This document shows positions 51,852 to 64,000 of a stretch of DNA of 64,000 nucleotides, one piece after another. The stretch is from an uncultured Eubacteriales bacterium (GTDB taxonomy: Bacteria; Bacillota; Clostridia; Saccharofermentanales; UBA5734). The DNA is taken from the NCBI GenBank assembly GCA_903835065.1, contig CAILLO010000036.1, positions 44,342-108,341 on the forward strand, read 5' to 3'. The position numbers and the translations under genes are program-made. Position 1 is the first letter of the stretch; each line of letters begins with the position of its first letter. The notes beneath the pieces are model-generated. The model was not told where the DNA came from and did no database searches. It saw nothing but the letters and a program-made list of their open reading frames with translations.

Positions 51852-52780
51852 AAAGACCGTCCCCCGTCCTCTCCGCCCTGGTCGCCGGAGGCCTGCTCCT
51901 CGCGTCGCTGCTCGCCGGCTGCGACGGCCGCGCGTCGGCGACGCCGACGCCGACTGGCGGCGCCCCGGCCTTCACGGTCGTCGCCTCGTTCTACCCCGTC
52001 TACATCGCCGCGCTGCAACTGACGAAGGACGTCCCCGGCGTCGACGTCGTCCTGCTCGCGCCGCCTTCGACCGGCTGCCTGCACGACTATTCCCTGACGA
52101 GCGGCGACATGGTGAAGCTGTCCGGGGCCGACGTGCTGTTCGTGAACGGGGACGGGATGGAGAACTTCCTGACCGGCGTCGCGACGGACTTCCCGAAGCT
52201 CCGGGTCATCGAGGCGTCGCGGGGGATCGCGACTGTGACCGGCCCCGACGGCGCGCCCGACCCGCACGTCTGGGCGACCCCGAAGGGCGCGGCCGCGCAG
52301 CTCGCGAACCTCGCCGCCGGACTGGCGCTCGCCGACCCGGCGCACGCGACTCTTTACGCCTCCAACGAGTCGCGCTACGGGGCGCTGCTCGCGGCCCTCG
52401 ACCGCAAGGCCGAGGCCCTCCTCGCGCCCTTCCGGGGCGCGAAGATGCTCGCGGGCCACTCCTCCTTCCTGTACTTCGCGCGCGACTACGGCATCGGGGT
52501 CCTCGGCATCTTCGGCCTCGACGACGGGCAGGCCGTCGGCACCGGGACGCTGGCCCGGATGATCGACGACGCGAAGGCGCAGAAGGCCTCGCTCATCGTG
52601 ACCGACCCACAGTTCCCCGCGATCGCCGGCGAAACCGTGGCCCGCGAGACGGGACTTCCCCTCTGCATCTTCGACAGCGTGGCCGGCGGGACCCTCACGG
52701 GCCCGGCCGCGAGGGACGAGTACCTGACCCGGATGGACGCGAATCTGGAACGCCTGGCCCAGGCACTGGAGGCGACATGA
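51848..52780 (+). CDS. Zn/Mn ABC transporter substrate-binding lipoprotein
   Basis: Lipobox LLAGC, ASFYPV, CLHDY, DPHVW, GHSSF. Confidence 0.9.
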   Translation: MKRPSPVLSALVAGGLLLASLLAGCDGRASATPTPTGGAPAFTVVASFYPVYIAALQLTKDVPGVDVVLLAPPSTGCLHDYSLTSGDMVKLSGADVLFVNGDGMENFLTGVATDFPKLRVIEASRGIATVTGPDGAPDPHVWATPKGAAAQLANLAAGLALADPAHATLYASNESRYGALLAALDRKAEALLAPFRGAKMLAGHSSFLYFARDYGIGVLGIFGLDDGQAVGTGTLARMIDDAKAQKASLIVTDPQFPAIAGETVARETGLPLCIFDSVAGGTLTGPAARDEYLTRMDANLERLAQALEAT

Positions 52781-53643
52781 CGGAAGAACTGCCCGGCATC
52801 CCGCACGACCCGCACGGCCACCACCACCACGACCCGCTCGGCCTCGACGCGCTCCCGTCGCCCGAATCCGCCGCGACCGCTCCCGAGGTCTGCGCCGCCT
52901 GCTGCACCCGAATCGAGGGGCTCGGCGTCACGATCTCCGGCCGGCGGATCCTCCACGACGTCGATTTCGAGCTCCACTGCGGCGAGCTCACGGTCATCGT
53001 CGGCCCCAACGGCGCCGGCAAGACGACGCTGCTGCGCGCGGTCGCCGGTCTGATCCCCTACGAGGGCCGCGTCGCCTTCGAGGACTTCGGGCACGGCCGC
53101 ACCGGCCGCCCCACGATCGGCTACGTCCCGCAGGCGCCGTCGTTCGACCGCTCCACGCCCGCCTCCGTCCAGGACCTCTTCAGCGCCGCCTTCTCCGCGC
53201 GTCCCGCCTTCACGGGCGCCTCCCGCCGCTCGAAGGACTTCGCGGCCGCGTGCCTCGCGCGCACCGGCGCCGCGCACCTCCTGCGCCGCGAGATCTCGCG
53301 CCTGTCCGGCGGCGAGCTGCAGCGCGTCATGCTCGCCCTGGCCCTCGAGCCGGCGCCCAACCTGCTGCTCCTCGACGAGCCCGTCTCCGGGATGGACATC
53401 CGCGGGCGCGACGCCTTCTACGGCCTGCTCGAGGAGCTCCGCTGCCACCTCGACCTGTCGGTGCTCATGGTCTCGCACGACATGGCCGCCGCCACCGAGC
53501 ACGCGGACCGCCTGATCCTGCTCGACGGCACCGTGCTCGCCGACGGGCTGCCCGACGAGGTCGCCTCCTCCGCGGCCTACCTCGACCGGCTCGGGCCCGC
53601 GCCGCACCGCCACGAGCACCGCCACGCGGGAGGAGTCTCCTGA
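52777..53643 (+). CDS. Zn/Mn ABC transporter ATPase
   Basis: GPNGAGKT, GYVPQ, LSGGE, LLDEP, VSHD; His/Cys-rich termini. Confidence 0.92.
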   Translation: MTEELPGIPHDPHGHHHHDPLGLDALPSPESAATAPEVCAACCTRIEGLGVTISGRRILHDVDFELHCGELTVIVGPNGAGKTTLLRAVAGLIPYEGRVAFEDFGHGRTGRPTIGYVPQAPSFDRSTPASVQDLFSAAFSARPAFTGASRRSKDFAAACLARTGAAHLLRREISRLSGGELQRVMLALALEPAPNLLLLDEPVSGMDIRGRDAFYGLLEELRCHLDLSVLMVSHDMAAATEHADRLILLDGTVLADGLPDEVASSAAYLDRLGPAPHRHEHRHAGGVS

Positions 53644-54461
53644 TGGACGCGCTGCTGCACATGTTCGACTACGGCTTCATGCGCAACGCCTTCCTCGCGA
53701 TGCTCATGCTCGCCCCGCTGCTGGGCATGCTGGGCACGCAGGTCGTGAGCGCCCGGATGGCCTTCTTCGCCGACGCCCTGGGCCACAGCGCCCTCGCCGG
53801 CATCGCCGTGGGCGTGCTGCTCGGCGTGTCCGACCCCATGCTCGGCATGGTCGGCTTCGGCCTCGTCTTCGCGGTCGGCATCGTCATCGGCCGCGAGCGC
53901 GGCACCTCCAGCGCGGACACGACGATCGGCGTCTTCTCGTCGCTCGCGATGGCCCTCGGCATCCTGCTCCTGTCGCGCGGCGGCAGCTTCTCGAAGTACT
54001 CTGCGTTCCTGATCGGGGACGTCCTCGCGATCGACGCGGCCGACCTGCTGCGCCTGGCCGCCGTGCTGTCCGTCTTCCTCGTGTACTGGCTGTTCTTCTA
54101 CAATCGCCTCCTGCTGACGACGCTGCAGCCGTCCGTGGCCGAGAGCCGCGGCATCCGGGTCCTGTGGCAGGAGATCCTGTTCAACGTCCTGGTCGCCGTC
54201 GTCGTCATGGTGTCGATCCGCTGGGTCGGGTTGCTGGTCATCAACGCGATGCTGGTCGTGCCCGCGGCGGCCGCGCGGCGGCTGTCCGGCAGCGTCCGGT
54301 CCTACCAGGCCCTGACCGTCGGCATCAGTCTCGTATCCGGTCTGGTCGGGCTCGTGGTATCATATTTCGCAGACGTTCCGGCCGGCGCGGCCTTCGTGGT
54401 CGTCGCCGCCGCATTCTATCTCGCCTCCGTCGTCCTCGCCCGCCGCCGCGGACGCGCCTGA
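53643..54461 (+). CDS. Zn/Mn ABC transporter permease
   Basis: FMRNA, DALGHSALAG, VPAAAA. Confidence 0.92.
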   Translation: MDALLHMFDYGFMRNAFLAMLMLAPLLGMLGTQVVSARMAFFADALGHSALAGIAVGVLLGVSDPMLGMVGFGLVFAVGIVIGRERGTSSADTTIGVFSSLAMALGILLLSRGGSFSKYSAFLIGDVLAIDAADLLRLAAVLSVFLVYWLFFYNRLLLTTLQPSVAESRGIRVLWQEILFNVLVAVVVMVSIRWVGLLVINAMLVVPAAAARRLSGSVRSYQALTVGISLVSGLVGLVVSYFADVPAGAAFVVVAAAFYLASVVLARRRGRA

Positions 54462-54515
54462 CGGACCGCGGCCGCCCGCACGGGCGGCCGAACCCGCCGA
54501 AAGGGGGCAGGCCCC

Positions 54516-55814
54516 ATGACGACCACCCGCGAATCCGCCGTCGCCGCTCGCGCGGCCGCCCTGTCCCTCGCGGCGGCCCCGCGGGTCGTGAAGGACGCGG
54601 CGCTGCTGCGCATCGCCGACGCCCTGACCACCCAGGCGCACGCCCTCGCCGAGGCCAACGCCGCCGACCTGGCGAAGGCCGCCGTCGAAGGATTGTCGGA
54701 GCCGGTCGTCAAGCGCCTGAAGTTCGATGTCCCGAAGATCCTCGCCGCCGCCGAGGGCGTCCGCAGCATCGCGACGCTTCCCGACCCGGTCGGGCGAACG
54801 CTCCTGTCCACCGAGCTCGACGAGGGTCTCGACCTCTACCGCGTCACCTGCCCGTTGGGAGTGGTCGGCGTGGTCTTCGAGTCGCGCCCCGACGCGCTGG
54901 TCCAGATCGCCTGCCTGTGCCTGAAGAGCGGCAACGCGGCCCTCCTCAAGGGCGGGGCGGAGGCGCTCGGTACCAACCGCGCCGTCGCCGCCGCGATGCT
55001 CGACGCGGCCCGCGGCCAAGGGGTCCCGAACGGCTGGATGGCCCTGCTCGAGACGCGCGCCGACGTCGGCGAGCTGCTCGGCATGGACGACCTCGTCGAC
55101 CTGCTCGTCCCGCGCGGCTCCAACGAGTTCGTGCGGTACATCATGGACCACACCCGGATCCCCGTGCTCGGCCACGCCGACGGAATCTGCCACGTCTACG
55201 CCGACCGGGCCGCCGACGTCGACCTCGCCGTGCGCGTGATGGTCGACGCCAAGACCCAGTACGTGTCCGTGTGCAACGCCGCCGAGACCTTCCTCGTGCA
55301 CCGGGACGTCGCGCCGGCCCTGCTGCCGCCCCTCCTGGCCGCCCTCGAGGCGAAGCGCGTCGAGGTCGTCGGCTGCCCCCGCACGGTCGAAGCGACCGGG
55401 TGCGCCCCCGCGACCGAGGCCGACTGGTCGACCGAGTACCTCGACTACAAGGTGTCGGTCCGCATCGTGGACACCCTCGACGAGGCGATCGCCCACGTCA
55501 ACCGCTACGGCTCGAAGCACACCGACGCGATCCTGACCGGCGACCGCGAGGCCGCCGCGCGCTTCCTCGAGCGCGTCGACGCGGGCAACGTCTACTGGAA
55601 CTGCTCGACCCGCTTCGCCGATGGGTTCCGCTACGGGTTCGGCGCGGAGGTCGGCGTCAGCACGTCGAAGATCCACGCCCGCGGGCCGGTCGGGCTCGAG
55701 GGCCTCGTGACCTACAAGTACAAGCTGCTGGGCCACGGCCAGACCGTCGCCGACTATGCGTCCGGCGAACGGAAGTTCACCCACCGCGACCTGGGCCGGG
55801 ACTGCCCGCTCTAG
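54516..55814 (+). CDS. proA: Glutamate-5-semialdehyde dehydrogenase
   Basis: FESRP, KSGNA.LLKGG, VPRG, CNAAE, GSKHTD, STRFADG, HARGPVG. Confidence 0.96.
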   Translation: MTTTRESAVAARAAALSLAAAPRVVKDAALLRIADALTTQAHALAEANAADLAKAAVEGLSEPVVKRLKFDVPKILAAAEGVRSIATLPDPVGRTLLSTELDEGLDLYRVTCPLGVVGVVFESRPDALVQIACLCLKSGNAALLKGGAEALGTNRAVAAAMLDAARGQGVPNGWMALLETRADVGELLGMDDLVDLLVPRGSNEFVRYIMDHTRIPVLGHADGICHVYADRAADVDLAVRVMVDAKTQYVSVCNAAETFLVHRDVAPALLPPLLAALEAKRVEVVGCPRTVEATGCAPATEADWSTEYLDYKVSVRIVDTLDEAIAHVNRYGSKHTDAILTGDREAAARFLERVDAGNVYWNCSTRFADGFRYGFGAEVGVSTSKIHARGPVGLEGLVTYKYKLLGHGQTVADYASGERKFTHRDLGRDCPL

Positions 55815-55816
55815 CC

Positions 55817-57112
55817 ATGGCGAAAGGAGTCCCCACGACCGCGCGGCGGCCCTTCGGTCGCTCCCTGGCCTGGGCGCGCGAGCTGCGCGACTGGCTGGCC
55901 TCGGTGCAGCGCACGATGCCGCTGCGCCACCGCTGGCTGCTCGCCGCCCTCGTCCTGGTCGTCCTGTCGCCCTACACGGCGCCGGTCGCGATGGGGGGCA
56001 TCGCCGTCTTCGCGGCGGTCCGCACGGTCCGCGCCCTGAAGTCCGACCCGTCGCGGGGCTTCGTCCGCGCGGCGGTCGCGGGAGCGGCGGCACTGGCCCG
56101 CGAGAGTCGGCTTTTCCTCCCCGGCGTCGTCCTGTTCGTCTCCGCGACGGCCAGCGCGGTCGCCTACGGACACTGGACCTCGCTGCTGCCGACCTTCGGT
56201 CTGCTGTTGCCGGCCGGAGTCGCGGCCCTCTGGTTCGAGCGCACCTGGAACCGCGACGACGCCCTGCACTCCACCCATTACGCCACCCTGCTGCTGCTGC
56301 CCATCGCGGCCGCCGCGATCCTCCAGATCGCCTTCCTGCCCGTCGCCGCCTACGGCCCCCGCGTCTCGGGCACCTTCGGCAACCCGAACGTCCTCGCGAT
56401 CGCGCTCGAACTGCTGTTGCCCATGGCGATGGCCCTCTACTACCACGTCTGGAGCCGGACGGGCAAGGCCATGCTGCTCTTCTCCATCTCGATCGGCTGG
56501 ATCCTGCTCTACTTCACCGGCAGCCGCTCCGGCGTCCTCGCCGCGATCGCAGCGGCCGCGGTCTTCTACCTGTGCATGAGCGACCGCCGCCCGATGACGA
56601 TCGCCCTGGCGCTCGTCGCCGTGGTCCTCGTCGCGGTCGCCATCGGCCACGAGGAAGCGATCGATGCGCTGAAGGGGCTGATCCCCCGGCTGGGCACGAT
56701 CACGCTCGAGATTCAAAGCCGCCTCAGTTTGTGGGCCATCGCCTGGACGGAGATCCTGCGCGACCCCTGGCTCGGGCGGGGCCTCGCCTCGTTCCCGCTC
56801 TACGTCCAGGGCACCGCGTTCGCGGACCGCTTCCACTGCCACAGCCTGTACCTCGGGCTCTGGCTCGAGACGGGGCTGGCGGGCGTCGGCGCCGTCCTGT
56901 GGATGGTGGGGAGCCTCGTCGTCCGGACGGTCCGCATGCTCCGCGCCTCCCCCCTCCGGCCGTACCTGTCCGGCGGGCTCGCCGCCCTGACCGCGATCTT
57001 CGTGCACGGCATCACGGACATGCCGCTCATGAACACCCAGGTCGTCGCGCTGTTCGCGCTGCTGCTCGCCGGGCTGTCGGTCGCCCTGGAGCCGCGCCGC
57101 GCCGTCCCGTGA
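55817..57112 (+). CDS. O-antigen ligase (Wzy_C) family membrane protein
   Basis: RVSGTFGNPN, TGSRSG, PWLGRG, HCHSLYL..WLETG. Confidence 0.85.
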   Translation: MAKGVPTTARRPFGRSLAWARELRDWLASVQRTMPLRHRWLLAALVLVVLSPYTAPVAMGGIAVFAAVRTVRALKSDPSRGFVRAAVAGAAALARESRLFLPGVVLFVSATASAVAYGHWTSLLPTFGLLLPAGVAALWFERTWNRDDALHSTHYATLLLLPIAAAAILQIAFLPVAAYGPRVSGTFGNPNVLAIALELLLPMAMALYYHVWSRTGKAMLLFSISIGWILLYFTGSRSGVLAAIAAAAVFYLCMSDRRPMTIALALVAVVLVAVAIGHEEAIDALKGLIPRLGTITLEIQSRLSLWAIAWTEILRDPWLGRGLASFPLYVQGTAFADRFHCHSLYLGLWLETGLAGVGAVLWMVGSLVVRTVRMLRASPLRPYLSGGLAALTAIFVHGITDMPLMNTQVVALFALLLAGLSVALEPRRAVP

Positions 57113-57229
57113 CATCGACGGAACCGCTCCCCGCGGCCGCCTCGAATCCGGGCGAATCGCGGCATCCGCGCGCGTGGAATCGCAGGTCGCCGAGTGGTAT
57201 AATTTCGTGGATACGAAAGGGATGATGGA

Positions 57230-57454
57230 ATGCCGTACTACGATCTGAAATGCTCCGAATGCGGGAACGAATTCAACGCCAAGGCCTCGATGGACGAGCG
57301 GTCCGCCGCCGCGATCCAGTGCCCGGCCTGCGGCTCCTACCGTCTCGAGACGATCTTCCGCAAAGTGAACGTCGTGCGCTCCCTCGGCGACGAGGCCTGC
57401 TGCCCGATCGGCGAGACCGGGGGCTGCGGCGGCTGCTGCGGCTCCGCCCGGTAG
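57230..57454 (+). CDS. FmdB-family zinc ribbon protein
   Basis: MPYYDLKCSECG...CPACGS, Cys-rich tail; extended -10 TGnTATAAT at 57195-57203. Confidence 0.88.
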   Translation: MPYYDLKCSECGNEFNAKASMDERSAAAIQCPACGSYRLETIFRKVNVVRSLGDEACCPIGETGGCGGCCGSAR

Positions 57455-57485
57455 CCGTCTTCGCGCGACGGAAGGGAGGGACCCC

Positions 57486-57941
57486 ATGAAAATCGCCATG
57501 GCCAGCGACCACGCCGGTTACGCGCTCAAGCGCTTCCTTTCCCAGCACCTCTTGGCCGCCGGGCACGAGTGCGTCGACTACGGCGCCTCGACCGACGCCC
57601 AGCCCAGCAGCTATGTCCCCTTCGCGGTCCGCCTGTCCGAGGCGGTCGCCGCGGGCGACCCGCCGTTCGGCGTCGTGATCTGCGGCACCGGACTCGGCAT
57701 CTCGATCACCGCCAACAAGGTCAAGGGGATCCGCGCCGCCGTCTGCACGGACGAGTACATGGCCCGGATGGCCCGCCAGCACAACGACGCCAACGTCCTC
57801 GCCCTGGGCGCCCGGGTCGTGGGCGGCGGACTCGCCGCCTCGATCGTCGACGCCTTCCTCGCCGAGCCCTTCGAGACCGGGGGGCGCCACCAGGCGCGCG
57901 TCGAGGAGATCAAGGACGTGGAGCGCAGAAACTTCAGGTAG
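57486..57941 (+). CDS. rpiB: Ribose-5-phosphate isomerase B
   Basis: [31 protein letters not shown]. Confidence 0.95.
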   Translation: MKIAMASDHAGYALKRFLSQHLLAAGHECVDYGASTDAQPSSYVPFAVRLSEAVAAGDPPFGVVICGTGLGISITANKVKGIRAAVCTDEYMARMARQHNDANVLALGARVVGGGLAASIVDAFLAEPFETGGRHQARVEEIKDVERRNFR

Positions 57942-58011
57942 CCCAGGCCCGAGGCCGCCTCCCGCCCGGGAGGCTTCCCGCAAGGGGAACAGCGAACGAG
58001 GACGGTGCCCC

Positions 58012-58641
58012 ATGGACAACCTGTTCGTATTCGACCACCCGCTGATCCAGCACAAGATCTCCCTGCTCCGCGATAAGCGCACGACGACCAAGGAATTCCG
58101 CGAGCTGGTCTCCGAAGTGGCGATGCTGATGGCCTACGAGGTCACCCGCGACCTGCCGCTCAAGGAGATCGAGGTCGAGACCCCCGTCGCGATCGCGAAG
58201 ACCCGCGTCCTCGCGGGCAAGAAGTTCGCGCTGGTCCCGATCCTGCGCGCCGGCCTCGGGATGGTCGACGGGATGCTCAACCTGATGCCGATGGCCAAGG
58301 TCGGGCATATCGGACTCTACCGCGACCCGGTGACCCTCGAGCCCGTCGAGTACTACTGCAAGCTCCCCGACGACGCCGTCGAGCGCGACATCGTCGTCCT
58401 CGACCCGATGCTCGCCACGGGCGGCTCGGCCTCCGCGGCCGTCGGCTTCCTCAAGCAGCGCGGCGTGAAGAACATCAAGTTCATGTGCCTGATCGCCGCC
58501 CCGACCGGCATCGAGCGCCTGCACCGCGACCACCCGGACGTCCCGATCTTCTGCGCGGCCGTCGACGAGCGCCTGAACGACCACGCCTATATCGTGCCCG
58601 GCCTCGGCGACGCCGGCGACCGTCTGTTCGGCACCAAGTGA
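58012..58641 (+). CDS. upp: Uracil phosphoribosyltransferase
   Basis: [27 protein letters not shown]. Confidence 0.97.
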   Translation: MDNLFVFDHPLIQHKISLLRDKRTTTKEFRELVSEVAMLMAYEVTRDLPLKEIEVETPVAIAKTRVLAGKKFALVPILRAGLGMVDGMLNLMPMAKVGHIGLYRDPVTLEPVEYYCKLPDDAVERDIVVLDPMLATGGSASAAVGFLKQRGVKNIKFMCLIAAPTGIERLHRDHPDVPIFCAAVDERLNDHAYIVPGLGDAGDRLFGTK

Positions 58642-58660
58642 CCGAAGAAAGCCGCGCGGC

Positions 58661-59104
58661 ATGAGACCGTCCTGGGACACGTATTTCATGCAGATCGCCG
58701 ACCTCGTGAAGACGCGGTCGACCTGCCTGCGCCGCCAGGTCGGCGCCGTGATCGTCAAGGACAAGCGGATCGTGTCGACCGGCTACAACGGGGCGCCCGC
58801 GCGGACGGCGCACTGCCTCGACGTCGGGTGCATGCGCGAGAAGCTCGGCATTCCCTCCGGACAGCGGCATGAACTGTGCCGCGCGATCCACGCCGAGCAG
58901 AACGCGATCATCCAGGCCGCCCATTCCGGCACGACGATGGAGGGCGCGACGGTCTACGTGACCTGCCAGCCCTGCTCCCTGTGCGCCAAGATGCTGATCA
59001 ACGCGGGGATCTCCCGCATCGTGTACGACGGCGAATACCCGGACGAGCTGGCGCTGGAGATGCTCCAGGAAGCCGGCGTCGTCCTCGACCGGTTCCAGGC
59101 CTGA
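58661..59104 (+). CDS. dCMP deaminase (ComEB-like)
   Basis: RSTCLRR, TGYNG, HAEQNA, PCSLC. Confidence 0.93.
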   Translation: MRPSWDTYFMQIADLVKTRSTCLRRQVGAVIVKDKRIVSTGYNGAPARTAHCLDVGCMREKLGIPSGQRHELCRAIHAEQNAIIQAAHSGTTMEGATVYVTCQPCSLCAKMLINAGISRIVYDGEYPDELALEMLQEAGVVLDRFQA

Positions 59105-59109
59105 CCGCC

Positions 59110-60285
59110 GTGGACACGCTGTTCGGGATCCACACGCTGTTCCGCTTCGACGTGCTCGGCACGTCCGTCGGCCTGCCGGTCGGCGTCGTCGTGCAGTGGG
59201 GGGTGATGGCCCTCGCCTTCCTCGCCGTCTTCCTCATGCGTCGCAACGCGAAGCCGGCGCCGATGGCGCTGCAGAACTTCTCCGAGATCCTGGCCTCCAC
59301 GCTCAAGCGCTGGACCTCCCGCAAGAAGGCCGCCGGTCGGGCGGCCGACCAGGCTTCCGGAAGCGCCGGCAAGCGGCTCGACCCCTCCCCCGAGGGCCTG
59401 TCCGCGGCCGTCGTGACCGCCGCGATCTTCCTCTTCGTCTTCTGGCTCACCGAAGCCGTCACGACCCTGACGACCTCGCCCGGCCCCGTGTCCCGGCTGG
59501 TCGGCTGGCTCGCCCCGGGCTTCAACGCCCTGAAGGAGCAGACGATCGTCGGCCCGATCCTCGCGCGGTTCAGCGGGCAGGACATCGGCACCGAGATCAC
59601 GTCGGCGATCCAGGTCCGCGAGATCTTCGGCTTCGACCTGTTCGGCATCCACATCGCGGTCGCCGACGTCGTCGTCGTCATGTGGGTCGTGATGCTGTTC
59701 CTCCTTCTGGTCTCGCTCTGGCTCGGCCGCGGCTTCCACCCGGTCCCGAAGGGCAAGCAGCTGGTCGCGGAGAACCTCGTCGTCTCGTTCCAGAAGCTGT
59801 GCGGCACCGTCATGGACCCGACGATGGTCGAGAAGTACGCCCCGTTCGTCGGGTCGCTGTGCCTCTTCATCGGCCTGTGCAACGTCACGTCGACCTTCCG
59901 GCTCCCGCCCCCGGCCAAGAACCCCGCCTTCCCGATCGCCCTCGCGATCACCTCGATCGGCATCGTGATCGCCGGCAGCATCCGGGCCGTGGGCTGGAAG
60001 GGCTTCGCGCGGTCGATGACCTTCCCCAAGTGGTGGATGCTCCCCTTCAAGGTCCTCGACTTCGTGATCAAGCTGGTCTCGCTGTCGCTCCGACTCTTCG
60101 GCAACATCTTCGGCGCCTTCATCCTGATGGAGTTCGCCTACGTCGTCGCCCCGATCCTGCTGCCCGGCCTGCTCGGACTCTGGTTCGACATCGCCGACGG
60201 CATCATCCAGGGGCTCGTCTTCGCCTACCTGACCGCCCTGTACGTCGGGGAAGTCGTGGAAAACGCACATCATGAACCCGCGTGA
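59110..60285 (+). CDS. atpB: F1Fo ATP synthase subunit a with long duplicated N-terminal extension
   Basis: SLSLRLFGN (essential Arg), IQGLVFAYLT; the GTG start at 59110 is inferred and has a weak RBS. Confidence 0.88.
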   Translation: MDTLFGIHTLFRFDVLGTSVGLPVGVVVQWGVMALAFLAVFLMRRNAKPAPMALQNFSEILASTLKRWTSRKKAAGRAADQASGSAGKRLDPSPEGLSAAVVTAAIFLFVFWLTEAVTTLTTSPGPVSRLVGWLAPGFNALKEQTIVGPILARFSGQDIGTEITSAIQVREIFGFDLFGIHIAVADVVVVMWVVMLFLLLVSLWLGRGFHPVPKGKQLVAENLVVSFQKLCGTVMDPTMVEKYAPFVGSLCLFIGLCNVTSTFRLPPPAKNPAFPIALAITSIGIVIAGSIRAVGWKGFARSMTFPKWWMLPFKVLDFVIKLVSLSLRLFGNIFGAFILMEFAYVVAPILLPGLLGLWFDIADGIIQGLVFAYLTALYVGEVVENAHHEPA

Positions 60286-60549
<264 letters not shown>

Positions 60550-60577
60550 AGACCCGTCGGACGACGAGGTATACGGA

Positions 60578-61070
60578 ATGACCGACTATATCGTGACCGG
60601 CATCTTCACGATCATCAATCTGGCGGTGACCTACTTCATCCTGAAGCGGTTCCTGTTCAAGCCGGTGATGACCTACATGAAGAAACGCCAGACCAACATC
60701 GAGAACGACCTGCGCGACGCGCAGGCCAAGATCGACGAGGCGGAGATGCGCGCCATGGAGGCGTCCGAGAAGATCGAGGGCGCCATCAAGGAAGCGTCCG
60801 GCATCGTCGGCGACGCGAAGGTCTCGGCCGAGACGCAGCGCGACGCGATCCTCGCCTCCGCGCGCCAGGAATCCGCCGAGCTCCTGAAGCGCGCCGACGG
60901 CGATATCGCCCGCATGCGCAACGCCATGCTCGAGGACATGAAGACGGAGGTCGCGGAACTGTCCGTGGCCATCGCCACCAAGGTCATCGGGCAGAGCGTC
61001 GATTCGGAACGCCAGAAGGAACTCGTGTCCCGGCTGGTCGACGACGAACTGAAGGGCCGGGTGGAGAAGA

Positions 61071-61078
<8 letters not shown>
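60578..61078 (+). CDS. atpF: ATP synthase subunit b
   Basis: N-terminal TM, FLFKPV..YMKKR, long coiled coil. Confidence 0.93.
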
Positions 61079-63000
<1,922 letters not shown>

Positions 63001-63017
<17 letters not shown>

Positions 63018-63972
63018 TATCAGGAAGAGGATGCGGAGCATCGGCGACATCCGCCAGATGACCCGCGCCATGTACCTGATCAGCGCCGTCAAGATGAAGA
63101 AGGCCCGGGCGCAGCTCGCCATGACCCTCCCGTTCTTCGAGTCGTGCCGCGTCACGATGGCCCAGATCCACCGCATGAGCCCCGACGTGCGCAACCGGTA
63201 CTTCACCGGACACCGGCCGAAGGAGGGCGAGAAGCAGGTCATCGGATACTTCCTGCTGACAGGCGACCAGGGCCTCGCGGGCGCCTACAACATGAACCTG
63301 CTCCATGCGGCCGAGAACCGCATCCGCAAGGACCTCATCGACAAGGCCCGCCAGGGCGTGCCGGCCGAGGCGCGGCTGTTCGTCGCCGGCACGATTGGCA
63401 AGGACACGCTGCGCGCGCACGGCTTCGAGGTCGACGAGGACTTCACCTACCCCATCGACTCGCCGACCTACTTCCGGGCCCGCGAGATCTCCGACAAGAT
63501 CCACGACCTCTTCGAGCGGCGCGAGCTGCACGAGGTCCACGTCGTCTACACCGTGATCCACAGCGCGATCGACATGCGCCCCGTCGTCACACGCCTCGTG
63601 CCCATCGACGCCGACTCCCTGCTCGACGGCATCTCTCCCGGGATGGCGGCCGGCCTGGCCGACAAGAAGGCCGAGTCGATCGAATACGTGCCGTCGCCGG
63701 CCGACGTGCTGGACTACCTCGTATCGACCTACCTGCGCGGCATGGTCTACGGCGCGCTGACCGAAGCGTACGCCAGCGAGCAGACCGCCCGCATGACCGC
63801 CATGGACAACGCCACGGAGAACGCCGAGGACATCCTCGAGCGGCTCCGTCTCCAAAGCAACCAGCTCCGCCAGGCCGCGATCACCGCGGAACTGTCGGAG
63901 ATCGTCGGCGGAGCCGAAGTGCTCTCGGCCGCCGAACTCGTCCGGAGGTTCGACGCTCATGCCAATGAATGA
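63001..63972 (+). CDS. atpG: ATP synthase subunit gamma
   Basis: QMTRAM, DQGLAGAYN, SEQTARMTAMDNATENA, RQAAITAELSEI. Confidence 0.96.
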
Positions 63973-64000
63973 AGGCCGCGTGGTCCAGATCATCGGACCG
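63965..64000 (+). CDS. atpD: ATP synthase subunit beta (5' end only)
   Basis: MNEGRVVQIIGP follows atpG; truncated by the window edge. Confidence 0.8.
   Translation, partial: MNEGRVVQIIGP

Noticed and set aside
54516-55814. proA without adjacent proB
   Set aside because: Split proBA is common, and proB may lie outside the window

Overview
High-GC chromosomal window with most genes on the + strand. It looks like an anaerobic Bacillota/Clostridia genome, judging from the CIRCE element before groESL, sigmaA-type promoters, hisZ with short hisG, and the rpiB-upp-dCMP deaminase-atp cluster. In order it holds: a MerR regulator with a 19-bp-spacer promoter; a rhomboid-like protein; an AAA-DUF4143-type ATPase/nuclease behind a 23-bp tandem array; a GT2-GtrA fusion; a three-gene [FeFe]-hydrogenase with a HydB-GltD/NfnB fusion; AraC; BlaI-BlaR1(M56) with an unrecognised extracellular domain; araA-araD-kinase; a GGDEF protein; mfd; glycosyltransferases; a full his operon with purC embedded; groESL; a DnaA-box cluster; an acyl-CoA ligase; a Zn/Mn ABC transporter; proA; and the start of an atypical F1Fo operon. 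Main oddities: (1) the ATP synthase has no free delta gene, the delta C-terminal domain is fused to alpha, and subunit a has a duplicated N-terminal module; (2) the hydrogenase B subunit fusion; (3) a two-copy non-coding element 48 kb apart with structure-preserving substitutions; (4) the phased 23-bp array; (5) a DnaA-box cluster that is not at an origin. No rRNA, tRNA, CRISPR array or intact transposase was seen. All assignments come from motif recognition by eye; no database search was run.
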